Shown piece by piece: positions 26,790 through 36,082 of a DNA stretch of 64,000 nt. The notes beneath the pieces were generated by a model that was given only the letters and a program-made list of their open reading frames with translations, ran no database searches and was not told the DNA's origin. The position numbers were made by a program, and so were the translations under genes. Source of the stretch: Phycisphaeraceae bacterium (lineage in GTDB: Bacteria > Planctomycetota > Phycisphaerae > Phycisphaerales > UBA1924); contig JAHBXL010000014.1 of the NCBI GenBank assembly GCA_019636495.1, positions 54,061 to 118,060 on the forward strand. Reading direction: 5' to 3'. Position 1 is the stretch's first letter; each line of letters begins with the position of its first letter.

Positions 26790-29302
26790 GCGGCCCCGTA
26801 GAACGAATCCTGACGGCCCTACGCGAACACGGACACGAACCCCGCAAGGCCGGCGCGGGCTGGTGCTGCAAGTGTCCGGCCCACGATGATCGGGACCCTT
26901 CCCTGTCGATCCGCGCCGGCGACGACGGGCGGGCGCTGGTGAACTGCCACGCCGGTTGTACCGTCGATGCGGTGTGCGGCGCGATCGGGCTGCGGGCGTC
27001 GGACCTGTTCGAGCCGGACCCGAGCCGGCGGAACGGACACGCGCCACGGACCCGCCAGAGTGTCACCGTCACCACAACCCCACGGAAGCCCGCACGAAAC
27101 GCGGGTATCGGTGACGGTGACGCCAAGACGTTCCCCACGGCCCGCGACGCGGTGGCCGAGTTGGAGCGGCGGCACGGCCCGCGATCGACGACCTGGACGT
27201 ACCACAACGCGGCAGGCGAGCCGGTGGGGCTGGTGGTGCGGTGGAACACGCCCACCGGGAAAGACGTGCGCCCGGTGTCGCGGAAGGCGGACGGATCGGG
27301 CTGGATCATCGGCGGGATGCCCACGCCCCGCCCGTTGTACGGGCTGCCCGACCTGCTGGCGACGCCGGCGGGATCGCGGGTGCACGTCACCGAAGGCGAG
27401 AAAGCGGCGGACGCGGCCCGCGCGGTCGGGCTGGTGGCGACGACAAGCCCGCACGGTTCCAAGTCGGCGGGCAAGGCGGATTGGTCCCCGGTGGCGGGGC
27501 GCGAAGTTGTGATCCTGCCCGACCATGACGACGCCGGCGAGCGGTACGCCGACGACGTGGCGCGGCTGGCGACGGCTGCGGGCGCGAAGTCGGTGCGGGT
27601 GGTGCGATTGGTTGAACTGTGGGCAGACCTGCCCGAAGGCGGCGATATGGCGGACCTGGTGGAGCATCGCGGCGGGGACGTGGACCCGATCCGCGCGGAA
27701 GTCGAAGCCCTGACGATCAACACCGAGCCGGAAGCGGTGACGCCCGACGCGCCGGCGGTCCCCGCGTTCGCGCCCTTCCCGGTGGACGTGCTGCCTGAGC
27801 CGATCCGGTCTTTCGTCGCGGACGCGGCGAAGGCGATCGGGTGCGATCCGTCCTACGTCGCCCTTCCCCTGCTGTCGGGGCTGGCATCGGCGATCGGCAA
27901 CACCCACCGGATCGCGCTGAAGCGCGGGTGGACCGAGCCGGCGATTGTGTGGACGGCGATCGTGGGGGAGTCGGGGACGATGAAAACACCCGCGTTCAAG
28001 TTGGCGATGAAGGCGATCCGCAAGGCGCAAGCCGATGCGTTCAAGGAACACGACGCGGCACGGGCCGAATGGGAAGCCCAACACCTGCGGTATGAAGCCG
28101 AGTTGACGGGGTGGAAGCGGGACGCGGCGAAGAAACGCGGCGGCGATGACGGGTACACCGTCGCCCCACCCGAGAAACCCACCCCGCCGATCGCGCGTCG
28201 GTACATCGTGTCCGACACCACAACCGAAGCCCTGGCCCCGATCCTGCTGGGCAACCCGCGCGGCGTGCTGCTGGCCCGCGATGAACTCGCCGGCTGGTTG
28301 GGATCGTTCGACCGCTACGCGAAGGCGGGGAAGGCGGGCGCGGACTCCGCGCATTGGCTGTCGATGCACAACGGCGAATCCATGACGATCGACCGCAAGA
28401 CCGGGATACCGCCGACGATCCACGTTCCATCGGCATCGGTGAGTATCACGGGCGGGATTCAACCCGGCATCCTGGGGCGGGCGCTGGGGCAGGAACACCA
28501 CGAAAGCGGCATGGCGGCGCGGGTGCTGTACGCGATGCCCCCGCGCAAGGCGAAGCGGTGGACCGAATCCGACGTGGACGCGGACACCGAAGCGGCGGTG
28601 GCGGCGGTGTTCGATCGGCTGTTCTCTCTCACGATGGAAGTCGATCCCGAAGGCCCGCTGCTGGAACCGGACTGTCGGCCCCGGCTGGTGCGGCTGGCCG
28701 ACGATGGGAAGGCGGCGTGGGTGCGGTTCTACAACGAACACGCGACCGAGCAAGCGGAACTGTCCGGCGACCTGTCGGCGGCGTGGTCGAAGTTGGAGGG
28801 GTACGCGGCCCGGCTTGCGCTGGTGGTTCACTTGACCCGCTGGGCGGCGGGTGACGCCACGCTACGCGATCCGGCGCGGGTCGATGAGGCGAGCATCGCG
28901 GCGGGCGTGGTGTTGGCCCGGTGGTTCGGCGACGAAGCCCGGCGCGTCTACGCGATCCTGTCCGAGAGTGACGACGACCGAGAAACCCGGCGGCTGGTGG
29001 AATGGATCGAACGCAAGGGCGGCACGGTGACGGCCCGCGACCTGACCCACGGGGTGCGGGCGTATCGCGGCGATCCTGACGCGGCGGAACGCGCCCTGTC
29101 GGCGCTGGTGGAAGCGGGCATCGGGTGTTGGGAAGCCGACGCCCACGGCCCGAAGGGTGGCCGACCCGCCCAACGATTCCGGCTTGTCTCCACCGTCACC
29201 GTCACCGAAACCCCCGCGAACGCCGGGAAAGACGTGGGTTATGGTGACGGTGACACCGGGGACACGGCCACGGACGCCGGCGACGGCTGGGGGGAACTGT
29301 GA
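26786..29302 (+). CDS. primase-helicase-like replication protein (CHC2-like Zn finger, Toprim, DUF3987-like C-terminal domain)
   Basis: ATGA overlap at 26786-26789. CKCPAHDDRDPSLSI...NCHAGC. Toprim-like VHVTEGEKAAD...VVILPDHDDAGERYA. DUF3987-like FPVDVLPEPIRSFVADAAKAIGCDPSYVALPLLSGLASAIG...IVGESGTMKTPA. Confidence 0.75.
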   Translation: MSGPVERILTALREHGHEPRKAGAGWCCKCPAHDDRDPSLSIRAGDDGRALVNCHAGCTVDAVCGAIGLRASDLFEPDPSRRNGHAPRTRQSVTVTTTPRKPARNAGIGDGDAKTFPTARDAVAELERRHGPRSTTWTYHNAAGEPVGLVVRWNTPTGKDVRPVSRKADGSGWIIGGMPTPRPLYGLPDLLATPAGSRVHVTEGEKAADAARAVGLVATTSPHGSKSAGKADWSPVAGREVVILPDHDDAGERYADDVARLATAAGAKSVRVVRLVELWADLPEGGDMADLVEHRGGDVDPIRAEVEALTINTEPEAVTPDAPAVPAFAPFPVDVLPEPIRSFVADAAKAIGCDPSYVALPLLSGLASAIGNTHRIALKRGWTEPAIVWTAIVGESGTMKTPAFKLAMKAIRKAQADAFKEHDAARAEWEAQHLRYEAELTGWKRDAAKKRGGDDGYTVAPPEKPTPPIARRYIVSDTTTEALAPILLGNPRGVLLARDELAGWLGSFDRYAKAGKAGADSAHWLSMHNGESMTIDRKTGIPPTIHVPSASVSITGGIQPGILGRALGQEHHESGMAARVLYAMPPRKAKRWTESDVDADTEAAVAAVFDRLFSLTMEVDPEGPLLEPDCRPRLVRLADDGKAAWVRFYNEHATEQAELSGDLSAAWSKLEGYAARLALVVHLTRWAAGDATLRDPARVDEASIAAGVVLARWFGDEARRVYAILSESDDDRETRRLVEWIERKGGTVTARDLTHGVRAYRGDPDAAERALSALVEAGIGCWEADAHGPKGGRPAQRFRLVSTVTVTETPANAGKDVGYGDGDTGDTATDAGDGWGEL

Positions 29303-29637
29303 ACCCGCACCCCCACGAACTCGCCCCGCTGCTGCTGGCCCTTGGACGGGCAGGGATCGAACTGGCCCCGCACCCGACCGACGCGGGCCGGCTGCGGCAT
29401 CGCCCGGCGAACCTGCCCCCCGAACTGTCGGCGCGGCTGCGGTTGCACCGGGCGGCGGTCCTGGGGCTGCTGCCCCCCCACGGCGGGTACGCCCCGGACG
29501 CCCACGCGGCGGACGGCAACGCGGCGTACGTCTACGGCGAACGGCTGGGCGTCGCGGACGGGCTGGGGCTGGCGACGCACCCCGGTTCGGCGGCGTGGCT
29601 GGTGGCGGTCGGGGAGTCGATGGGGGCGAGCCGATGA
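29299..29637 (+). CDS. hypothetical element protein with TubC_N-like docking motif
   Basis: GTGA overlap at 29299-29302. LLLALGRAGIELAPHPTDAGRLRHRPANLPPELSARLRLHRAAVLGLL resembles the TubC N-terminal docking-domain pattern, from memory. Confidence 0.45.
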   Translation: MNPHPHELAPLLLALGRAGIELAPHPTDAGRLRHRPANLPPELSARLRLHRAAVLGLLPPHGGYAPDAHAADGNAAYVYGERLGVADGLGLATHPGSAAWLVAVGESMGASR

Positions 29638-29885
29638 AACTTGCACAATGGGAAGTATTGGGGTACGATTGTGGCATGGCGACGGCGAGCGAAACCCTGC
29701 GGCGTGAGTTGGGGCGGTGCGGGCAGACCCGCTACGCAGTGAGCAAGGCGACGGGGATTCCTGAATCGGTACTATCGCGTTTCACCCACGGCCAACCGTT
29801 GCGCGGTGCAAACTTCGACAAGTTGGCGGACTACTTGGGGCTGGTGCTGACGGCGAAGGCGGGCAAGACCACGAAGGGACGGTGA
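29634..29885 (+). CDS. XRE-family HTH protein
   Basis: ATGA overlap at 29634-29637 (alternative ATG at 29676). LRRELGRCGQTRYAVSKATGIPESVLSRFTHGQPLRGANFDKLADYLGL. Confidence 0.55.
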   Translation: MKLAQWEVLGYDCGMATASETLRRELGRCGQTRYAVSKATGIPESVLSRFTHGQPLRGANFDKLADYLGLVLTAKAGKTTKGR

Positions 29886-29888
29886 CGT

Positions 29889-31229
29889 ATGGCGAGCGTT
29901 TCACGCGATGCGAATGGAACCCGGCGGGTGCTGTTCACCGACCGCGAAGGCGAGCGGAAGGCGGTGCGGCTGGGCAGGGTTTCGGCCAAGACCGCCGAAG
30001 CGTTCCGGCTGAAACTCCAAGACGTGATCGCGGCCCGGTTCACCGAAACCGCGATCGACGCGGAAACGGCCCGGTGGCTGGCGGACCTGCCCGACCGTAT
30101 GTATGCCCGGCTGGTGCGCGTTGGGCTGGCCGATCCCCGCGCCAGCGCGTCGCGGGTGACGCTGGGCGGGCTGCTGGCGGCTTTCTTCGCCGGCGTGGAC
30201 GTGAAGCCCGCAACGCGGGTGCGCATGAAGCAAGCCGAAACCGCGCTGGTGGACTACTTCACCGACGCCCGCGACGTGGCGACGATCGGCGAAGCCGACG
30301 CCGACGAATGGCGGGCGAGTCTCACGAAAGCGGGGTACGCGGCGGCGACGATCAGCCGGACGGTCCTGTACGCCCGGCAAGTGTTCCGCTGGGCGATGCG
30401 TCGGGGCATGGCGAGCGGCAACCCCTTCGCGGAGTTGAAGGCGGGGGCGCAAGTGAACCACGCCCGCGCGGTGTTCGTGTCGCGGGAGTCGATTGCCAAA
30501 GTGATCGACGCGGCCCCCGATGCCGAATGGCGGCTGTTGATTGCCCTGTCCCGGTTCGGCGGGCTGCGCGTTCCGAGTGAAGCCCTTGCCCTGCGGTGGT
30601 CGGACGTGGATTGGGAACACAACCGGCTGACGGTGCGAAGCCCCAAGACGGAACACCACGAAGGGAAGGGGGAGCGGATCATCCCGCTGTTCCCCGAGAT
30701 TCGGGAACACCTGCAAGCGGTGTTCGACGCGGCCCCGGTCGGATCGGTGAGCGTGATCGGGCGCTACCGAGAGGGCGCGAACCTGAATCCGCACTTCCGG
30801 CGGATCATCAAGCGGGCGGGGCTGACGCCCTGGGATCGGACGTGGCACAACCTGCGGGCGAGCCGGCAAACCGAACTGGCGGCGACGTTCCCGCTGCACA
30901 CCGTTTGCGCGTGGATCGGGAACACGAAGGCGATCGCGGCGGGGCACTACCTGCAAGTCACCGACGCCGATTGGACCCGCGCCACGGGTGCGGCTGGGGG
31001 CTGCGGAGAAAGCGGCGCAAAAGGCGGCGCACTTCCGACGCAAAATGCGGCGCGGCATCCGTCCGCACCGGATCGCGGGCGTTCGCGGGAATCGACGGAA
31101 GCGCCTTGTTTTGCTGGTGTTTCGCAACCGGACGCGGACGAACGCGAAGCGGTGCAAAACGATCCAATGGGCAGGGCCGGACTTGAACCGGCAACCCCCG
31201 CATTTTCAATGCGGTGCTCTACCAATTGA
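29889..31229 (+). CDS. tyrosine-type site-specific integrase
   Basis: Catalytic-domain pattern: LSRFGGLRVPSEALALRW (Arg), WHNLRASRQTEL (H-x-x-R), AWIGNTKAIAAGHYLQV (His, Tyr). The ORF runs about 90 codons past the catalytic Tyr, through the att core and 62 nt into the tRNA-Phe gene. That tail is low confidence. Confidence 0.85.
   Translation: MASVSRDANGTRRVLFTDREGERKAVRLGRVSAKTAEAFRLKLQDVIAARFTETAIDAETARWLADLPDRMYARLVRVGLADPRASASRVTLGGLLAAFFAGVDVKPATRVRMKQAETALVDYFTDARDVATIGEADADEWRASLTKAGYAAATISRTVLYARQVFRWAMRRGMASGNPFAELKAGAQVNHARAVFVSRESIAKVIDAAPDAEWRLLIALSRFGGLRVPSEALALRWSDVDWEHNRLTVRSPKTEHHEGKGERIIPLFPEIREHLQAVFDAAPVGSVSVIGRYREGANLNPHFRRIIKRAGLTPWDRTWHNLRASRQTELAATFPLHTVCAWIGNTKAIAAGHYLQVTDADWTRATGAAGGCGESGAKGGALPTQNAARHPSAPDRGRSRESTEAPCFAGVSQPDADEREAVQNDPMGRAGLEPATPAFSMRCSTN
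31165..31188. repeat. att direct repeat, right copy (within intact tRNA-Phe 3' end)
   Basis: Identical 24-mer to 22895-22918. It covers the last 21 nt of the tRNA plus 3 nt downstream. Confidence 0.8.
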
Positions 31230-31240
31230 GCTACCTACCC
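31168..31240 (-). tRNA. tRNA-Phe (anticodon GAA)
   Basis: The rc reads GGGTAGGTAGCTCAATTGGTAGAGCACCGCATTGAAAATGCGGGGGTTGCCGGTTCAAGTCCGGCCCTGCCCA. Cloverleaf with anticodon loop TTGAAAA. CCA not encoded. Confidence 0.9.
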
Positions 31241-31501
31241 GAACCGACAGGCCCTAAGCCTAACGGCTTCCATGCATCGGTCAAGCCCCCTCGCGGCTGA
31301 ACCCGCATCCGCTTCGATTCCCGCGTGGTTCGGCCGCGTGCCGCGCGGGCCTGGGCACGCTCAACGCCACGGGGCGTGCCGAGGCGCGGGGGGGCGCGGC
31401 CACCTATCGTTCCACGTTCGCGGCGAGAAACGCCGCCCGGCCCGCCGCGGCGGGTCCGGAAGCGCTTTCCATACAGACCGTTTTCCAGACGGAGCACACG
31501 C

Positions 31502-32539
31502 ATGGCAGTCCGCATCGGCATCAACGGGTTCGGTCGCATCGGTCGGCTTGTCTACCGCATGTGCTGCGAACAGGGGCTCGAGGTGGTCGCGGTGAACGAC
31601 CTGGTTCCCGCGGACAACCTCGCGTACCTCCTCAAGCACGACACCATGCAGGGTCGGTTCATGCTCGGCGGCGCGCTGGCCAAGGTTGAGGCGACGGAGA
31701 ACTCGTTCACCGTCAACGGCAGGACCACGAAGACCATGGCCGAGAAGGACCCGGCGAAACTGCCGTGGAAGGACCTCGGTGTGCAATATGTGCTGGAATC
31801 GACGGGCCTGTTCACCGAGTATGACAAGGCGATGGCGCACATCAGCGGCGGCGGGGCCAAGCGCGTGATTCTCTCCGCGCCCACCAAGAGCGACGACAAG
31901 GTGCCCACGTTCTGCTACCGCGTGAACGAGGAGAAGTATGACCCCGCGAAACACGCGATCATCTCCAACGCCTCGTGCACCACCAACTGCCTCGCCCCCG
32001 TCGCCAAGGTGCTGCAGCAGGAGTTCGGCATCGAGGAAGGCCTGATGACCACCATCCACGCCGTCACCGCGACCCAGCCCACGCAGGATGGCCCCTCCAA
32101 GAAGGACTGGCGCGGCGGGCGCAACGGCTACATGAACATCATCCCCGCGAGCACCGGCGCGGCCAAGGCCGTGGCGCTCTGCATCCCCGAACTCAAGGGC
32201 AAACTGACCGGCATGTCCTTCCGCGTACCGACGGCGACCGTCTCGTGCGTTGATCTCACCTTCCGCACGACCAAGGCCACCAGCCTCGAGGTGATCAACG
32301 CCGCGATGAAGAAGTGGTCCGAGGGCCCCATGAAGAACGTGCTCGGCTACACCGATGAGGAGGTCGTGTCGAGCGACTTTGTCGGCGACCGCCGCAGCAG
32401 CATCTTCGATGCCAAGGCGGGCATCCAACTCAACGACCGGTTCTTCAAGGTCGTTTCGTGGTACGACAACGAGGCGGGCTACTCGGCCCGCTGCGTGGAC
32501 ATGATCAGGATGATCGCGGAGCGCGATGGGGTGAAGTGA
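31502..32539 (+). CDS. gap: type I glyceraldehyde-3-phosphate dehydrogenase
   Basis: [27 protein letters not shown] active site, WYDNE near the C-terminus. ATG at 31502; the ORF-track start at 31325 is an extension. Confidence 0.95.
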   Translation: MAVRIGINGFGRIGRLVYRMCCEQGLEVVAVNDLVPADNLAYLLKHDTMQGRFMLGGALAKVEATENSFTVNGRTTKTMAEKDPAKLPWKDLGVQYVLESTGLFTEYDKAMAHISGGGAKRVILSAPTKSDDKVPTFCYRVNEEKYDPAKHAIISNASCTTNCLAPVAKVLQQEFGIEEGLMTTIHAVTATQPTQDGPSKKDWRGGRNGYMNIIPASTGAAKAVALCIPELKGKLTGMSFRVPTATVSCVDLTFRTTKATSLEVINAAMKKWSEGPMKNVLGYTDEEVVSSDFVGDRRSSIFDAKAGIQLNDRFFKVVSWYDNEAGYSARCVDMIRMIAERDGVK

Positions 32540-32942
32540 TCTCCGGCCGCGGCCCGGTCCGAAGCTGCGCCCAAGGAACCGCCTGTTCACGCAGGAGGGC
32601 GGGGACGACGAGGGCCAGGACACCTATCTGTCCGAGTACACCTCCAACCTCCTCAACCAGTACACCCTCCGCGACGTATCAGGGAACGTGGAAGTCGTCG
32701 GCCGCACCAGTTCGAGTTCCGTCGCGGCGGTCGCCGTGAACAGCAGTGAAGCGTGGCTGGAGCACCGCATGTTCCACAAGCGGCTGACCTTCAACAACTT
32801 CTCCGACCCCGTGGTCGGCACGGTGAACGTGCTGGAGGTCCCGGGCCTGAGCTCAAGCAGCAAGGTCTTCCTGCCCGAGGACCCCGAGGAGTTCTGGTAC
32901 GATCCCGATGGCAACCTCACCCGCGACGGCGTCTGGCACTAG
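32540..32942 (+). pseudogene. start-less fragment of an RHS/YD-repeat-type protein
   Basis: The frame is open directly from the gap stop codon: ...YLSEYTSNLLNQYTLRDVSGNVEVVGRTSSSSVAAVAVNSSEAW...VFLPEDPEEFWYDPDGNLTRDGVWH*. The NxLNQYT and YDPDGNLTxDG motifs are typical of the N-proximal part of RHS-family proteins. No credible start and only about 130 codons. GC looks locally lower. Confidence 0.5.
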
Positions 32943-32976
32943 AATATAGAAGAACCCCCGCCGGGAAGGACGGGGG
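32941..32976 (-). terminator. rho-independent-like terminator for the minus-strand gene 33018..35879
   Basis: CCCCCG (32955-32960) pairs with CGGGGG (32971-32976). On the minus strand the stem is followed by TTCTTCTATATTCT. Confidence 0.45.
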
Positions 32977-33017
32977 CTCTGGGTAAACTCATGCACTGGC
33001 GAATGCCTGGATCGAAC

Positions 33018-35879
33018 TCAGGTCCCGCAAGCGCCGACGCCGTGGGCGAACCAAGCGGTCAGGAAGGCGAAGATCGCCGCGACGCCGGGAGTTCCGCCAA
33101 AGTTCTGGGCGGCGGGATCGTTGGCGAACCAGTCTGTGAGGAACGCGAAGATGTCGGTGACCTCGACTTCGTTGTTCACATCCCAGTCCGCCGCGCAGTT
33201 CTGACACCCGTCGATCCGCCCATCGTCATCCGTATCGAGGTCGGGGTACTCGTCCTCGGGATCAAGGTCGCCCTGCGCAATCTCCTCCGAGTCGGGGATG
33301 TTGTTGCCGTTGCAGTCCCGCTCAAGGCCGCAGTCATCGGCCGCTTCAAAGATGGCCACATCCGCCTCCGTGAAGGCCCCGTCATTGTTCAGGTCCGCGA
33401 TCGGGTCCATTGCCAGGTAGGCGGTGTAGTAGTCCTTGACATCGTCGTGGCTCAGCAGGCCGCTCTGGTCCCAATCCGCGATGCACGCGATGTCCCTGTA
33501 ATGCTGGGGCAAATTCTGTCCGCCGGGGTTCCAGTAATCAGATTGAATGCCAGTGATGGCATCGCGCATGACTTGCAGCGCGATCGTCGAGTTGGTCAAC
33601 TCGGGAATGTACCACACAAACTCGTTGACGCCGAAGTTCATGGCCTGCACTCCAACCTCGTACCAGTCCGTCCCATCGAGCCAGCCGTCCTTGCAGTGCA
33701 TCGGGTTGTTCGGGTTGTGGGGATAGGTCGCCATGAACGACACGTGGTTGAGTACGCCGTCATACGGGACTGCATCCAGCGTGCCCAGTCCGAAGTAGAT
33801 GGTGTACGGCTTTTCCGGGTGGGCGCGTGTATGCGCCCGGGCTCGGTCCGCGGCCCACTTCTTGGAGGTTGAGAGGAACCCGGCCCCGTTTGTGTCGAAG
33901 TCCTCGTCGTAACGTTCGAGGAACGTCTCGAGCATGGACCACCTGATCTCGCCTTCACTGTCGATGTACTGAAAGTACGGGAAACTCGGGTAGTATACGG
34001 CGAACTCGTCGTCGGCGCTGACGGAGTAGAGATCATCATCAAGTGTGAACGTGAGTGTGGACCCGTTCCAGCCCGTGACGGACACTTTGAAAATGTAGTT
34101 CGGGTGCACGCTGTTCGTCGGCAACTGCACGAACACTTCAAAGTCGGCGGCGAGGTAACCGCCGATACCGATGTTGCCAATCACTTGCGGGTTCGCTGGG
34201 TTGGAATGAGCAGCGTTGACAGTCAACAGATTGGGATGCTGCGAGTCCCACGCCGCGACCGTCCCCTCGAACGCGTCAGCCGATGCATAACCCACGGGGA
34301 CGATCCCTCCATCGGGTCCGAAGTACGGCGGCGTCGCCGGGTTGATCAGGCAGTAGTACGCATCCCACGTGACGTTCCCCTTCCACTCGCGGGTGCCGTG
34401 GTACACCTCCTCGGCCGGGCCGAAGGGCACCGGGATGTATCCATCCTCCTCGCCCACCTCAATGGTCACGCCGTAGCGGTTGCCAAGCTGGTACTGCGAC
34501 AGGTGAGCCCGCGGCCAGATCTCGCGGAAGTACTGCCAAGTCGAAAGCTCGCGGTAGTAGTTGTACGCCGTTGAGATCGTGGCGATGAGGTACGAACGAA
34601 AATCCTCCATCGTTGGAGAAAAGCCGCCCATTGGCAGTGGGTTCCATTCGAGCAATTCGCCGGACCGGTCCCTCGCGAACGCGGAATGCCACTCGGCCAA
34701 CGTGTGGTTCTCATCAATCCTGTAGTCCTCGTCGCTGGCGCGGCCCGTGCCGTCGAGGTTGTAATACACCGCGTGATAGTTCGCGTAATCCACGCCCGAC
34801 AGATTGAGATCCTCATCGCTCACGGTGACGGCAACGGGAGGACCGATGTTCTCCGAGTCCCAGACCTCGGGGTCTTCCATCGCGGCTTGCATCGCAGCGC
34901 AGAACGCCTGTACCCACTCGCCCATGTCCTCTGCGCCTTCCTTGAAGAAATAACAGGGTTGAAGGCCCCCTCCGACATCGCTGCGGTTGATTCTGAACTG
35001 CTCGTTGGTCACATTCGTCGGGAACGCCGAGCTCACCGTAATCGTCTGCGTCTGGTGATCGAAGCCGGTGATGGTGCGAGTTTCATCTCCAATTGTGATG
35101 GTTGCGGCCAGCGCGGATGTCGGTTCGGTGAAGTGATCATCCGGGAACTGCGTGTAGAAAGTGGGGACATCAGGGTAGAGAATCTGAAGTGTCGTGCCGT
35201 TGGCGTGGTACACGTACCCGCCCCAGTCGAAGTACTTCTGGCGCGGGAGCCTCCCAGTGGGGACATCGTCCTCGTGATTGGAGAACGATGGCAGTTTGCC
35301 CGGCCCCACATGCCAATCCGACCCGGCACCCAGCGCATCCAGGCGCAGGGCCCAGTGGAAGGGCAGATCATCATGATACATGTCCCACATGTCGAAGTAC
35401 TCATGGACTCTCACGACCAGCGCGGCCGCCGCGGCCTCGGCGGAAGCAGCAATGGACTCACCCAGGTGGTGGGTCAGGTTGATGGGAATCTGAAGCGCGA
35501 TGATCGTGCCGTACCCGTTCTCCGATGTTGGAATCAGCAGGTCCCAGAAGGGGTCCTCCGGCTCAAACGCATAAAAATCCAGCGGATCGCTGATCTGGAG
35601 AGTGTGAATCACGCCCTCGCGCACCAGCCTGCGCGCGGCGGTCTGGCTCATGCCGATGCTACCGGGCCGGATGGTCGTGCAGGATGGGCCGCTGCAGTCG
35701 GCGTCCTCTGCACGGAAGACTCCGCCCAACTGGCTGCACTCGTACGCGGTCGTCACAATACACGTGTTGTCAGGGAGGCAGCAGGCCCTCTCCGGTGACT
35801 GGGCGGATATTGTGCCTGCCAAGACGTTTGTGAGAATGAGGGCAAGGGCGATCCGCGGCCAAGGGCAGAGTCGGGTCAT
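33018..35879 (-). CDS. large secreted hypothetical protein with EF-hand/dockerin-like Asp-rich segment and C-terminal DIFAFL..WFA module
   Basis: Signal MTRLCPWPRIALALILTNVLAGTISAQ. DLNNDGAFTEADVAIF and DTDDDGRIDGC segments. The C-terminus is CAADWDVNNEVEVTDIFAFLTDWFANDPAAQNFGGTPGVAAIFAFLTAWFAHGVGACGT. Confidence 0.8.
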   Translation of the reverse strand: MTRLCPWPRIALALILTNVLAGTISAQSPERACCLPDNTCIVTTAYECSQLGGVFRAEDADCSGPSCTTIRPGSIGMSQTAARRLVREGVIHTLQISDPLDFYAFEPEDPFWDLLIPTSENGYGTIIALQIPINLTHHLGESIAASAEAAAAALVVRVHEYFDMWDMYHDDLPFHWALRLDALGAGSDWHVGPGKLPSFSNHEDDVPTGRLPRQKYFDWGGYVYHANGTTLQILYPDVPTFYTQFPDDHFTEPTSALAATITIGDETRTITGFDHQTQTITVSSAFPTNVTNEQFRINRSDVGGGLQPCYFFKEGAEDMGEWVQAFCAAMQAAMEDPEVWDSENIGPPVAVTVSDEDLNLSGVDYANYHAVYYNLDGTGRASDEDYRIDENHTLAEWHSAFARDRSGELLEWNPLPMGGFSPTMEDFRSYLIATISTAYNYYRELSTWQYFREIWPRAHLSQYQLGNRYGVTIEVGEEDGYIPVPFGPAEEVYHGTREWKGNVTWDAYYCLINPATPPYFGPDGGIVPVGYASADAFEGTVAAWDSQHPNLLTVNAAHSNPANPQVIGNIGIGGYLAADFEVFVQLPTNSVHPNYIFKVSVTGWNGSTLTFTLDDDLYSVSADDEFAVYYPSFPYFQYIDSEGEIRWSMLETFLERYDEDFDTNGAGFLSTSKKWAADRARAHTRAHPEKPYTIYFGLGTLDAVPYDGVLNHVSFMATYPHNPNNPMHCKDGWLDGTDWYEVGVQAMNFGVNEFVWYIPELTNSTIALQVMRDAITGIQSDYWNPGGQNLPQHYRDIACIADWDQSGLLSHDDVKDYYTAYLAMDPIADLNNDGAFTEADVAIFEAADDCGLERDCNGNNIPDSEEIAQGDLDPEDEYPDLDTDDDGRIDGCQNCAADWDVNNEVEVTDIFAFLTDWFANDPAAQNFGGTPGVAAIFAFLTAWFAHGVGACGT

Positions 35880-36018
35880 TGAAAACCTCCACGAGCAAAT
35901 GAGGAACTTGCAGGCCGCGGACTCTCCGCAGCGGTATCAAGGCTGGTATACCGCGGGTCGCAGATAAACGCAAGTTGCCGGCAGAGTGGGGCCACCTGGG
36001 GTTTGTGGAGGATTACCC

Positions 36019-36046
36019 TTGCGTCCACGGCCCGATGTGGTATGAT
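36019..36046 (+). promoter_or_regulatory. candidate sigma-70 promoter (extended -10)
   Basis: TTGCGT, 16-nt spacer, then TGgTATGAT. It ends 37 nt upstream of the ATG at 36083, in a locally AT-richer stretch. Confidence 0.35.
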
Positions 36047-36082
36047 TTGGACTCTCTCTCCACTGACCTAAAGAGGTGTCCC

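Larger units (their letters stand above)
22895..31188. mobile_element. approximately 8.3-kb integrative element (satellite/IME-like) in tRNA-Phe
   Basis: Perfect 24-bp direct repeats at both ends. A tyrosine integrase abuts the intact tRNA. Also present: primase-helicase, excisionase-type HTH genes and an XRE HTH. All 11 ORFs are co-directional. No capsid, portal, large terminase or tail genes recognised. Confidence 0.75.

Noticed and set aside
31146-31229. Integrase C-terminal tail reading into tRNA-Phe, considered as a separate overlapping gene.
   Set aside because: It is simply the continuation of the integrase frame past the catalytic Tyr, on the strand opposite the tRNA. It is treated as a low-confidence tail and discussed under the attP frame-continuity finding.
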